Assembly: GCA_030704615.1 (NCBI GenBank)
Contig: CM060731.1
Coordinates: forward strand, 92,194,001 to 92,258,000
Length of the DNA: 64,000 nucleotides
DNA from: Takakia lepidozioides
Lineage: Eukaryota; Plantae; Bryophyta
Reading direction: 5' to 3'
Shown: positions 1 through 12,500 of the stretch, piece after piece
How positions within the stretch are numbered: the stretch's first letter is position 1
Layout of the letters: every line of letters begins with the position of its first letter
The notes under the pieces: model-generated
What the model was told of the DNA's origin: nothing
What the model saw: only the letters and a program-made list of their open reading frames with translations
The model's database searches: none
Position numbers and translations under genes: made by a program

Positions 1-181
1 ACAATTCCCAACGTGGAATTGGCTCATTTTTTGATATGTTGTGCATAAATGAGCTGGGTCCACTTCTATATGGCGAGAATCTATGGATGATTTTTGGTAG
101 GTTTCTGCGGGCAATTTACTGTAGCTGGGTACCCAAAATTGTTAAAAACTCCAAAAAAGGCTTGGGAAGTTAAGGGTTAAA

Positions 182-955
182 GGATATCTCTTATTGTCAT
201 TTCACAATACCATGGGCCTTTCAAGACTTAAATATTATATATATGATTGAAACTAAAATGTTTTTGAAATTCCAAAATGACCTAAAAATATTGGGGAGGC
301 TTAATTTTCTTAAAAAAATATATATTTACTGGATTTCACAATACTACTAGGGTAGCCTGTGCCGTTGGCCCAAGTGTGCAGTGTCATCTAAGTCCAAGTG
401 CAATACCATATGTATCCAAGTGCGTCTCCTATGTCGAGGCCCACGTGTGAAGAATTGAAATCTAAGATCAAGTGCAATTTCCAAGTGTGTCTCCTATGTG
501 GAGGCCGATCTAAGCCCCAGTGCAATCTTCTATTCATGTATCCAAGTACGGAGACCTTTTCCTTGATATCTCTCCTGTCGAGCCTCCAACCATTGTCCCA
601 GGAGAGCCCACTTTGCTATTTTTCCCAAATTTCCAGCGACCCAAAGTACTTGAAATTCCACATCTCCCACACCGCAACCAAAAATCATGAGACCAAGTCG
701 GTGCACCCCTCTTCATCGAGGGCTTTCCAACGGTACCAAGCACTCAGGGTGGGGCCCCGCAGTTTGGGACATCCCAAATCTACAAAACAAAACAAACGTC
801 TCGATTCATATATTGATGCTTTCAAGTACTTAAATAGTATATATTTGATTGAAATTAAAAAAAAATGAAATTCCAAAATGACCTTAAAATATTTGGAAGG
901 TCTAATAAATTGCCTCTCATTTTAGATTAATTGGGTCTTTAACGCCTTACGTGTG
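182..955. repeat. Left arm of a long imperfect inverted repeat built of ~150-160 bp AT-rich units (partner at 21766-22265); interrupted by a Helitron
   Basis: taaattgcctctcattttagattaa (~906-930) is the reverse complement of ttaatctaaaatgagaggcaattta (~21790-21814). The unit cacaataccatggg...gaaattccaaaatgacctaaaaata is shared in inverted form. Confidence 0.75.
347..816 (-). mobile_element. Non-autonomous Helitron-like element
   Basis: On the minus strand it starts with TC (816-815) after an A and ends ...ggcacaggctaccCTAG (350-347) before a T. There is no TSD. Removing it roughly restores the host repeat unit cacaatact-a|t-gctttcaagtac. Confidence 0.6.
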
Positions 956-1295
956 AGCTAGGCAGCAAGCCCCAAGCACGGATGTGGGGTCGCTTCCCCC
1001 CTCCCCCGACCGGCAAGTCGTGCAACACGGCCCCAACGCGGTCGCGGCCGCGCAATCCCCCGCCCGCGGCCGTCGGCGCCCCACCCACGGCACAGTCCCC
1101 TCGTGGCTGCCGCAGGGCCCGTGTCCACCCTGATCTTTACTAGAAGAATGAAACCCACTCTGGATACATGGGCTCACAAGTGCTAGTCCAAACAGCTTGT
1201 ATTCCTTGGGAGAGTGTCGCGGCCCTTTACCTTGAGGGCGGGGGGTCGGAACACAAGAGGGGCTGCCCCTGTGGTGGGGGCAGTGGTAGCGAATA

Positions 1296-1630
1296 TGTCA
1301 AGTTAAATAAGCACAGTGTGAAAACAGCTAGAATAAAACTAGTTATTTGTATTTAACACTTGGATTTAGGTCAAGTGTTAAATCAGATGTCAAGTTTAGT
1401 TTGACACCTGGTCCGTCTTATCTTCACGAGAGCGGCAGTCGCGCGGCTCATCTTTCTCGAGTTGAGCCTGCGCGACCAAGCTCCTACATGCGGTTAGATT
1501 TGAGTGTGCTTATGTAGGGGTACAGGTTGTTGTGGGGTGGAGTCCCCATAGCTTGGGGTGCCCCTGGCTCGACTACTATTTCTAAGAGTGATGGTTTGGT
1601 TTTCATGTTTTGTGTAAACAGTGTGTTCGT
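1296..1630 (+). repeat. Terminal repeat A1 (335 bp), identical to A2
   Basis: Matches 12993-13327 base for base by eye. It is followed by a unique 90-bp segment ending in TGACA at 1720. Confidence 0.95.
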
Positions 1631-1727
1631 CACTCGAGAGAGATGCGCCATCTAGTTTTCTAGTGCTAAGCTAGATATAATGTTTGTTTTAGCACTATTA
1701 TAATATACCTTGGTGTGACACAGGTCT

Positions 1728-3025
1728 GTGAATGATTCAACTGAGTGTTTAACCATTCTGGAGCGGCAGAAAGCTATTAAGCTTGCGGCGGATACTTCAC
1801 TTGCAGTTACTGCTAGCGGATCTTGCTGGAGTCACGCGTTTAGTAGAGATCTTGCTCAGGCTACTGGAGATGAATGCAGCCTGATTGATTCATCAAGTAA
1901 CGACGGGTTAAAGGTTAGCTCTTTTTCGTGCCTAGATTCTTCTGCAGCGATCCTGTCATCGTCTTAGGGCTGCCGTGTGGAGTGGAGATGAAGGGCTTGC
2001 CGTGGGTGACTCCAAGCCAGCCCGTTTTTTTGGATTGAAGAGGCCTGTGAGCAAGGGTACCGTTTATGGAGAGCCCAAGAATCAGGGTATTACCCAGTTC
2101 AAGTTTCAGCGAAGCCTGCGGTCTGTAGCTGAGGAGCGGCCAGGCAGAGAGACGACTACAACGAGAAGGAAGAGATGGTAATGTCGGTATCGCAGGGCAC
2201 TCGTCAGTAACTGCCCGACGCCAGCTGTTATTCAGCCTTTCTGTGGCACTTGGAGCACTAAGGTTGGGCAATGTTGATCTTCCTGCAAAAGCAGCAGTTT
2301 CAACGAGAGTAAAGCTCAAAGACATTAAAAATCCCAAGCTGCAGGATGCTCTCAGGGTGGCGGTTGCTGGAGACCTGGAAACTGCTGAAGAATTGTTTTC
2401 AGCTTTGATAGATGAGGATTCCGCAAATGCCAGTGTCTGGTCCAACCGGGGGAGTGTGAGGGTCTCCCTTCTGAAGTTTGAGGAGGCGGCCCAGGATTTC
2501 AGTAAGGCTATTGAGCTGGCTCCTGAGGCCCTAGTCCCATTTCTTAATCGCGTCATTTCTTACGAGGCACTTGGACGCTATCAGGAGGCTATTGCCGACT
2601 GCAAAACTGCCATTGTCAATGACCCTGAGGAGTTTGCAGCTTGGTTTAACTTGGGAAAGGTGGAAGCGTGAGTAAGTGACTATGACACTGCTTTGACTGC
2701 TTATTCCAGAGCCTCAGTGCTGGCTCTTGGAATTGCAGGATACCGACTCAAGTAAGCTCTGGTTCTCTTTCAGCTCGACAGATTGGGGGAGGCCAAGAAA
2801 CTGATACAAGGCCTTGTCCGGAAGTATCCAAATTACACTGAGGCTCATGCAGCTCTAGCGGCAGTGCTGTGGAAAGAAGGTGACCGCAGCCGGGCAGAGG
2901 AACAATTCTCTGAGGCCACTGCTCGGGAACCGCAGTACAGCAATATCAGGTGGATTGGTGTAGAGCTGCAGTGGCCACCAGGTGCCGTGGAAGCCATGGC
3001 CAAGTTTCTTAATATCACTTACTAA
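1728..3025 (+). pseudogene. Captured intronless host TPR-protein gene (probably plastid/thylakoid-targeted), disrupted
   Basis: TPR motifs ASVWSNRGSVR..FEEAAQDFSKAIELAP, PFLNR..YEALGRYQEAIADC and AAWFNLG. An RRQLL...AKA Tat-like signal precedes them. In-frame stops at 2669-2671 and ~2753. No introns. Confidence 0.8.
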
Positions 3026-3143
3026 GATAAGATTTTGCCAAGCATCGTCTTCAAATAAGCGAAGCGGAAGTCTACAATTGTTGGGCAGCGTTCTCTCTAT
3101 TCGGCTGGGGCCAGGAAGCACAAGTCTGGCGGACACCAAATCA

Positions 3144-3430
<287 letters not shown>

Positions 3431-4042
3431 GAATTTAGGTTCGAAGATTGGCCGTCCGTTCGATCTGCCGTCGCTGTGCTGGCATCTGCTCGGCGAGGAG
3501 AATCTCGCAACAGAGCCCACTCAGAGTTTGCAAGCTTGGGCTAGGTGAGGAAGCGGGAAAGAGATGGCGACAGCAATGGCATGCACGCGGCTTGCTGCGG
3601 CCCCTTCCTTGGCCGTGGTGCAAAGATCCCGTTTTTTTTTTTTTTTTGGCAGCTCAAGCTCTGTGGACATTGGTAAGGGAACCTGTGAGAACTACATGAA
3701 CGGCCTCGGGAACCCGTAGATAACCTGGGAACAGGTTGTAATGGCGAGAACGTTTTGGTGTTAAAAAAAAAAAAAAAAAAAAAAAACCTTTTGATCTAAT
3801 TTAAATGATTTAGAGCCTGATTGGTCATAACTTTGTCAGATGGACTCCGTTTGACTCAGTTTTTGGGGGAATAGCTGCAGAAAGGGGAAATCTACCTATC
3901 TTAACCTAGTTTTAGTTTTTGGGACTCTGCTAAAAATCTATGGAATTTTTAGAGTGTGAGTGTGCCGTGAAAAATCCACAATTCTGTTTCTAGAACCAAT
4001 TCTGGTCTATTTGAGAGACAAATCTATGGATGTCCTCCTTGC

Positions 4043-4792
4043 ATGGCTGGGGGAAATGAGGACGTAATTGAAGGGCAGGTCTCTTCTCTTAGCCTGTGCA
4101 CACAAGGGGACAGGATTTATGTTTCCCAAGGAACTCAGACTGATTTGAGTGGAGAACAGTTGGACGAGTTGATTGCATACTGGGAGTCAGGCATTAGCAG
4201 TAGGCAACAGACTGCTGTAGTTGGCATTGAGGGCCTCAATATCGCCTTGGACAGTCAGAACTCTGTTGGAGCCAGCAGTTCTGCAGCTGTAGGTGAAATA
4301 CCAAAGTGGGTGAAAGCTAGGCTTGGAACACAGCCAAAGACAGCCCCGGGGACCAAGGTGTTCAGCCACAAGGCTGTGGTGTACTGGAGCAGAGGAGCAG
4401 GAGCTACACAAGTTTGTGCAATCAGACAGCGTTGCAGCCGGACACGCTCTGCACAAGGCAACCACGAGCGGGGGTTCATTAGCGAGGACAAGTTTGTTCT
4501 GTTTGAAGAAGATGCAGTCATTCGCAATGAGGACACCCGCAACCGTCTCAAAGCTTTCGAGTTGAGAGACTATCAGACTCTACCTTTGTTTTCTTTAGTG
4601 TTCAGTCAGCGGGAGATAGCAAAGTGTTGCTTTGTCTCTACTTGGCAAAAAGAGGAGGAGGGTTGGTTAGAGCGAGCTACTGTAGCTTGGGACAAGGTTA
4701 GTGGCAGGTTTCTGGACATAGATATACCTCCTACACCTTACCATCATGCAGAGCGAGGCACTTTGAGAGAAGTCTGGCAGTTGATAGCATAG
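4043..4792 (+). CDS. Accessory 249-aa ORF of the DNMT retrotransposon, unknown function
   Basis: ATG-initiated open frame upstream of gag, collinear in copy 2 (58550-59299). No motif recognised. Confidence 0.55.
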   Translation: MAGGNEDVIEGQVSSLSLCTQGDRIYVSQGTQTDLSGEQLDELIAYWESGISSRQQTAVVGIEGLNIALDSQNSVGASSSAAVGEIPKWVKARLGTQPKTAPGTKVFSHKAVVYWSRGAGATQVCAIRQRCSRTRSAQGNHERGFISEDKFVLFEEDAVIRNEDTRNRLKAFELRDYQTLPLFSLVFSQREIAKCCFVSTWQKEEEGWLERATVAWDKVSGRFLDIDIPPTPYHHAERGTLREVWQLIA

Positions 4793-5311
4793 ATCAGGAT
4801 TAGATCTTGCTGGGTCGGGCTTCTATTTTTCCCCTCCATATCTGTACTATTTTCATTACCTTGTACTTGTAGTTGCCAAAGCCTCTCTTGGTGGAGGCCA
4901 GTCAGTCCGGGGTTTTGGGCTGGGATATTCTGCAGGATCAGCGTTGCTGCTGGATTTTGGTGTGGGGGTGTTGATGTTTTGATTTCTTGTGTTTGGATCC
5001 CCCCCAACACCTGCATGCTTGACTGTGCGCCATGTTGGTTTTGTGTGGGCGCTTGCTTTCATAGGGATTAGGCCGGATTTGATCACCGGTCAATCCTAGA
5101 GTATGCTGTCGGTGGTGAGGCTGGAGTGATGACCAGCAAGACCACCAGTGTTTCTTCTATGGTGAGGCTGGGTTGATGACCAGCCAACCATAGGAGTTCT
5201 TGCGGTGGATGCAGGTGCAGGTGCCCTGAGCCATTGGGATATGACCCTTAGACTGCAACAGGTGCCCACCCGTGTCACTATTAGATTAGTACTAGAGACT
5301 TATAGTGTCAC

Positions 5312-7950
5312 GTGGAGGAGGTGCACATTGTGAGTGTCATTACGGAGTTACCCAAGGGTTTTGAGGGGAGTACGGCTACAAGCAGTACCAGTGAGAGTGG
5401 GTTCACAAGACGAGGTATTCGGTTCAGACCACCTTCACCGCCACCCTCAACTACTGTAGAGTCAGACACAGACTCGGAGGCTTCATCAACAAGTGTGCAG
5501 TTTCATTCGCCATTGTTGTGGGACGACATGGAGGAGATGTATGGAGCTACCAAGGGGCCTCGTAGGTACTCTGGAGCTATGGGCACAATTGAGTTGGATG
5601 ACTTTATCCAGGAGTTTGACAGCTGGTGTGATTTGCAGCAGATGCGCAATCCACAGCTATTCACCCCATTCATGGCGTGGAAGGGACTGTTCCAGCATTT
5701 GGAGAGCCCGCCTATGGACGATTACCACGAGTTCAGGCGAGGACATGAAGCAGAGATTGAGGAGTGGAGGATGTATTGGTCACCTGACTACGTCTCCATT
5801 ACTCGAGGCATGACGCGACCAGTAGCTGCATCAGTACCAATAGCTCTCACAGTAGTAGTAGTGGAGCAAGTAGTGCTGGTACTTCTGTAGGTGGTACCAG
5901 TTCAAAAGGTGCTACTACTCCTCCTGCCACGACTACAACACATGTGCCTAGATTCAACCCGGTGGTGGAGTTCTTCCAGGAGTTGCGGAGGAACTACCAA
6001 GGTGTACGGACAGAGAAGCTGCAAAGTTTGCAAGACTTCCAGCGCAAACCCAGTGAGAGCCTGCGAGAGGCGTACACTCGTATGAGGCGCTTGATAAGTG
6101 TGACCCAAGGGGTTACTGAAGCTCAGGCAATCCAGTTTTGGTATGGAATTCTGGATAAGGAGCTCAAGAGAAGGGTGCGAGATGCAACCCTGTTACAAGC
6201 AGCCCAACCCACATTAGCAGATGTGTTTCTGCTGGCTGAGCGGATTGAGCTCAACATGGTGGAGGAGTGAGTTGTTACCATTGGATTTGGCAAAGACATG
6301 CCTACACGAGGCGTAGCTGCCAGCCCACAGGCACAAGGAACCGCTCGACAGCGTGGTCAGGGGGGCAAGGTTGCCCAGCCCAAGTTCCATGGAGCTTACA
6401 GGGGACCTCAGGTGCAGAGGCCCGTGGCATCTTTTGCAGGCCAACAGCAACCAGGGGTGATATGTTGGACATGTGGAGGACCCTATGTCAAGAGAGATTG
6501 CCCAGAGAGTGGCAAAAGGCCGGCACAAGCACAGCCTGCACAGTTGCAGTGTGGGCATTGTGGCAAGTATGGGCATGGAGATGCCCAATGTTATGACTTG
6601 CACCTGAGTTGCGCCCAGGCCAGTTCCAAGGGAACAATGGTGGCCGGGGGCGAGGTGGACCAGCCCAAAGAGGACGAGGTGGTCGGGCACGAGGTGCAGG
6701 CCAAGGGCAAGCTCCACATGGCCAAGGACGCAGAGGTCAGGGTGTTGACCAAGGCATGGCCAATCGGCTTCAGCAGCTAGAGCAGAGGCTCGCTGCCATG
6801 GCTATAGCTCAGGCGGTACCGGCTCCCAGGCGGGATGGTCCACCTCCTGCTCCTGAGGGAGGAGATATGGGAGGCATGGGCTTTATGTGCGGAGCAGCAC
6901 TACCACTAGAGCAGGTGGAGTTTGCTGCAGCCGTGACTCGAGGAGCATCACGAGTTCCTGAGCCACGAGGTGCAGAGGTGGAATTGGATTCACAGTGTGG
7001 GGAGGCAAGCCGTCAGGCGAGGCTTCCTCAGTCATTCACATTGGCGGAGACTGTGTCGACGCCATCCATGGCACCTAGTTCTCGCCCGACTGCTACCGAG
7101 GCGGAGGTTACTATGCCATTGGGGAGAGCTATACGTGCAGCACTGACACCTGCTACCAAAGCTAGTGCGGCCGGTGTGTTATTGGGGGTAGCCACCTCTG
7201 TATGTCAGGCCCCACTGTTCTCGGCAACAATGATTGCGACGCCGGGGGTGAGACCAGCTGCAGTGTTCCGACTAGCAGCAACACTCTGTGAGAGTGGGGA
7301 GGTCACTTCATCTTCTGCGGAGTTAGTGGAAGGTGTAGCGGCAGAGGGATCCTCGGATTTGAGGGTCAAGACTGCCACGGCTGCGCCCTGGCAAGCTGCA
7401 GCTGTCAGGTTGACGGAGCTGCCAGCTAGGCCAGCCTTTGAGCGCGCCATGGTGACACCTGGAGTTGTCTTGTTAGACAACCAGGGAGGCATTTTCACTT
7501 TGAGTGGACCGGCAGGCAAGAAGTACCGGCCACTGCGGGTCTTGTTGGACTCGGGAGCTCAGCCACTGATGTTGGGTAGAGCTGCTATTGCAGGTTTGGG
7601 CCTCATGGAGGCGGATATGGAGCCTTGTCCTTTCCAGATACAGACATCTCTGGGAGGATCAGAGCAGGCTCGGGGCATGACACGGCATCAATTGGCCATT
7701 AGACTGCAGCCGGATCATCCTATCGATGGCTCAGTAATGCGAGCCAAGGCCATTGTGACAGACGCAGTCTCTTACGATGTCCTCGTTGGTGGGGCAGCGT
7801 TATACCCCATGGGCTTCACCCTGGATTTTTGGGAGGAGTCAGCATCCTACAGGCCTGGATGGCAGTCAGGCGATGGTCGCCGTGCACAGCTCCCTGTGAC
7901 ATTCATTGGGGGTATAGCGGCTGCCCAGCGGGGCAAGATTCCAACACTAG
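5312..7950 (+). pseudogene. gag and aspartic protease of copy 1 (frameshifts and a stop)
   Basis: Retrotransposon gag-like helices (LQDFQRKPSESLREAYTRMRRL), zinc knuckles CWTCGGP(H/Y)VKRDC and CGHCGKYGHGDAQC, an RGG-rich tract, and protease VLLDSGA. Copy 2 shows most of gag through PR in one 683-aa frame. Confidence 0.9.
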
Positions 7951-8254
7951 CCGCCTTTACAGCTGCAGTTAGTTGGCCTGGAGAGTTGTTGGAAGGCAAT
8001 GCCCATGCAGAGGATGTGCCACCTCCAGCAGAGCAGGATGACATGCATGGTATGGCGGAGTTGTCTGCCATGGTTGCTCATACTCCATTGTGGGGTACGA
8101 GCAAGGATTTGCAGCATGTTGCTGATCGACGGGTGCAACAAGCCTGGGTAGAGGCTTTTGTTCCGTCAGGAGAGGAGGAGAGTGCGGGTATTGCACCAGG
8201 ACCACCTCAGTTGTCACCATTGGATACCACACCTATTGTGTGGCAGTATCCGGA

Positions 8255-9200
8255 TGAAGGCATTTGCCTTCTGGACTTGTTTGGCGGGATCAGCACCGGA
8301 TTGGCTGCTGTGCTACAGGCAGGTGTACGAGTTCGACGTTACCTGTATGTAGTGAGAGATGAGACTGCACGACGCGTCTCACTGCGCCATGTTGCTCAGT
8401 TGGTACAGCAATACCCTGACTTGTTGCCAATGTCTGCAGTTCGTGGATACCAACAAGCCTTGCCAGCAAACATTTCTTTGCTGGGGGCGCAGGATTTGGA
8501 GCAGGTTGGCTCCATTGATCTGGTAGTGGCAGGTTGGCCCTACCAAGGGCATTCATCAGCCGGGCATGGCAATGGATTGCGAGACTCGAGGACGGGTCTG
8601 TTTTGGGAGATGGTGCGGATTTTGCGCTGCTTGCAGCTTCATCAAGCTGTATCTCCAGCATACATCTTGGAGAATGTACCACTGATGGGTGATTCTCGGG
8701 CCAGGGTGATGGCCAGTGTGCATCAAGTCCGGTCGTGGCTTGGGTCAGCAGTGTTGCTGGATGCAGCTGCAGTGGGGTCACGGGCTCATCGTCCACGGCT
8801 TTGGTGGACTAACTTGATGCCACCCGCACTACTCAAGCGTGCATTTGATGGGGTGCAGCGGCCAGCACACCTTACCGTGGATGGCATTTTGGACACAGGG
8901 AGGCAGTCTCAACGTGTGAGACACGATGACCGTTCGCCTTTGGCAGTGGTCAACAGGGTGGGTCAACCACGAGCAGCATTACCTACACTGCTCAGCTTCC
9001 CAGGATCCCATGCTTTTCGGGATGGTGGACCTGGCCTCCTGTGGGATGCTCAGTTTGCAGCAGTTAGTGGAGCCTAATGCCGACGAGCGAGAGCGGGCTA
9101 TGGGGTTTTCCACTGGGACCACGGCGGTGCCTTCGCTTTCTGAGGCATCACGACGTCAGGTGTTGGGGCAAGCAATGGATCTCAATTGCTTGACTTGGAT
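8255..9200 (+). pseudogene. DNMT3-like C5 cytosine methyltransferase domain within the polyprotein (copy 1; catalytic Cys replaced by Tyr)
   Basis: Motif I LLDLFGGISTG; IV DLVVAGWP(Y)QG; V GLRDSRTGLFWEMVRIL; VI YILENV; VIII DAAAVGSRAHRPRLWWTNL; IX ERERAMGF; X RRQVLGQAMD. It is in frame with the protease in ORF 6609-9077, with a 1-nt frameshift at ~9055. Confidence 0.93.
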
Positions 9201-9510
9201 TATCAGCTTGGCTATGGCTGAGCAACGTAGAGTGCGGAGTGCACTCCCCTTCATGGTCTCTCTGCCTACCGAGACGGTACAGGCAGCGAGTGGGGGCGAG
9301 CCGGTGAGGACCACGGGGTGTAGACATCCATGGCACACGTGGGAGGTGCTCGAGGTCCAAAGGGAGTTGGCAGCCAAGGCAGCTGTGATGGATGAGGTTG
9401 GGGATTTTTCTCGGGTTGAGGAGGTTCTCAATGATGAGATGATGGGGCAGGATGAGGCCTTGTCATTGACTGAGCAGGAAGGGGGTACTGCTCAAGAGGT
9501 TGCAGCATAG

Positions 9511-12500
9511 CAACCACGGGACGCGTCCTCTACCTCTAAGCCCACTGGACTTAAGGTTGCAGTTACGGAGGACAATTGGGAGCCTGACATTGGACCCATT
9601 GTCACCGGAGGAGAGAGACGACGTATACGGCGGTTCCTGAGGGCTTACAGGAATTGCTTTGCCTTCAGTTTGAAGGACTTGGGAGCACTGAAGGGTCAAG
9701 AGATCCGTATTGAGTTGGCCACTGACACGCCAATCTTTCGGAGACCTTATAGATACAGTGACATGGAGAGGTCTTTGATTCAGATGAGGACTCAAGATCT
9801 CTGGGAGGCAGGTTTGGTGGAGCTCTCTGGTGGAGAGTATGCTTCAGCCACAGTGATGCCAGCTAAGAAGGATGTCTATGGCAATTGGACGGAGAGACGT
9901 ATGTGCGGTGATTACCGGCCTGTAAATCGTCAGACCAAGTCCGATAGGTATGCCATGCCAACACCAGAGGAGATCTTTGATGCCATTGGGCATTCCAAGG
10001 TCTTTAGCACGTTGGATTTACGATCCGGATATCACCAGTTGCCGATCAAGGAGGCGGATAAGCAAAAGACGGCATTCTGGGGGATCAATGAGCACGGGAA
10101 GGATTGCCTATACCAGTGGCGGTTCTTACCATTTGGGCTTAAAAACGCTCCCGCTGAGTTTCAAAGAGTCATGGACAGGATTCTAGCAGGGGTGGAGTTT
10201 GCTCGGTGCTACATAGATGACATCATCATCTTTAGTGCTACGGTGGAGGAGCATGAGAGACACCTTCAGGGGGTATTTGAGCGCTTGAGGACGCACGGAT
10301 TGAAGTTACATCCGGGCAAGTGCAAGTTTTTCCACAACCAGATTGAGTATCTGGGTCACATGATATATCCTGGAGGATTGGGGGTACAGCAGACTAAGGT
10401 AGAGTCCATTGCACAGGTTCCACGCCCCACGGATGTGAGCCGAGTTCGAGCTTTCATGGGGTTAGCAAACTATTACAGACGGTTTGTTAAGGGATTTAGT
10501 GCCATTGCAAAGGCTCTAACCAAGCTGACCAAGGTGGACCAGGAGTGGCAGTGGGAAGATGAGCAAGAACAAGCTTTTCAAGAGCTCAAGGCGAGGTTGA
10601 CCTCGGCGCCCATCTTGAGACGACCTATCAGGGGGCGTCCTTTTCAGCTGCATACAGATTGGAGCATGTTGGGGCTTGGAGCGGTGCTCACACAGGTGGA
10701 TGATGAGGGAAGAGAGTTCGTAGTGGCTTATGCTAGCCGCTCGAACAATGCTGCAGAGTCTAAGTATAGCTCATATGAGGGAGAATGCTTAGCTGCAGTG
10801 TGGGCCGTGGCACACTTCAGGTGCTATCTATACGGCAATCTCTTCACCCTTGTCACGGATCACCAACCACTCAAGTGGTTGATGGAGTCAGACAAGCTTA
10901 CGGGGAAGCTTGCACGGTGGGCACTCATCCTTCAAGAGTATGACTTTCAGGTGGTGCATCGACCGGGTTTGGTCAATCGCAATGCAGATGGGTTGAGTCG
11001 CAATCCATGCACGAGCCAACAGGATGACACTGGAGCTCGGTGGCATGGTGAGACGGACGAGGAGATGGTGCCCGGATGGCATGCATCTGCATTTCTGTGT
11101 ATCTTGGCAGCGGAAGGCCAGGTTGGACCTGCAACAGGGATGACTGTAGATCAAGTGTCTGAGGACCCTGAGGCCAGCAATGAGCAAGGTGGCGCCAAAG
11201 ATATACATGAGGATTCAGTTGTGTTGGACTACCTCCGCACTGGAGACACGGCAGCCACTGTGACTGCCAAGGAGAGGGATCGGATCCTACAACGAGCCAA
11301 GAGGTTCAGGTGGGAGGGGACACACCTGCTCCGAGTGTGGGAGGATGGTCGAGTGAGGATTGTGCCTCACCCAACACAGCGGGCACGGTTAGTGCGGCAT
11401 GCCCATGAGGAGTTGGGGCATTTTGGGGTGCGACGCACTCATAGTCTACTGCAGGGGCAGTATTGGTGGCGTGGTATGCACACAGAGGTGCAACAATTTG
11501 TGGCTAGGTGCATGGTGTGTGACAGGGTGCGTGCTTCATTCAACGCCCCTACTCCACAATTGCACCCTCTTCCGATCATGGGATTGGGCTACAGGTGGAG
11601 TCTTGACTTCGCAGGGCCGTTGCCACTGACCATGCGCCACAACAAGTACGTGTTGGTGATGGTGGAGCACTTCTCCAAGTGGATTGAATTGGTTCCATTG
11701 CCTGATAAGGCTAGTAAGGGAGCTGCGTATGCATTCCTGGATTGTGTGCTTAGCCGATTCGGTGCTCCAGCTGAGGTACTCACGGACCAAGGGAGAGAGT
11801 TCTTGGGGGAGTTTCAGGCTTTGTGTCACAAGGCCTTGATAGACCACCGCACCACTTCTCGGGATCATCCTGAGGCCGATGGCTTGGCAGAGAGAGTTGT
11901 TCAGACAGTAAAGAGGGGTTTGCGCAAGTATGGCTTGCAGAAGGGACACCTAGGAGATTGGGACCTTCAGTTACCCTGGTTAGCCATGGGCTACAGGTTC
12001 AGCAAGCAAGCATCACTTGCCTCCTTCTCACCATACTTTCTTCTCTTTGGCCGAGAGCCGGATTTGCCTAAATCCATTTGCAGAGAAGCTGCTACAGTTC
12101 TTAACCTTGACGATCCGGACATGTGGGCACGTGCATGTGAGCAGCGTGCAGAGTTGTTCAAGAGAGTCATGCCCATGGCTTTCGAGAACCTTGCCATTGC
12201 ACAACACCGTGATACGTTGAGGTATCCTACCATACGTGGTGGGGGCTATCGTCCTGGGGTTCGGAGATTCAACCCTGGTGACTATGTCTATCTGCAGCAG
12301 ACTGCTCCTACGACCCTGGATGTGACTGCAGGACGTGTTATTTTGAGGGTTCGAGAGGTCTTGCCCTCAGGCGTCTTGGTCTTGGAGGGTCGGGATGGCA
12401 TAACTTGGAAGGACCATGTGCGTAATTGTGCGCCATGTCACCTTCCGAATGTCGATGGCAGGATTGACCCAAACCTGGCAGTGGTATCTGTAGGTTTGAG

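Noticed and set aside
1-180. piggyBac-like terminus (…AAGGG-TTAA)
   Set aside because: Only one end is inside the window, so the TIR pair cannot be verified.
398-1356. Short predicted ORFs here and antisense to the TE ORFs throughout the window
   Set aside because: They lie in repeats or are shadows of real frames, with no recognisable protein motifs.
8255-9200. Host DNMT gene or bacterial restriction-modification methylase
   Set aside because: It has no introns or own start, is fused in frame to the retroviral-type protease, and sits at the same position in both element copies.
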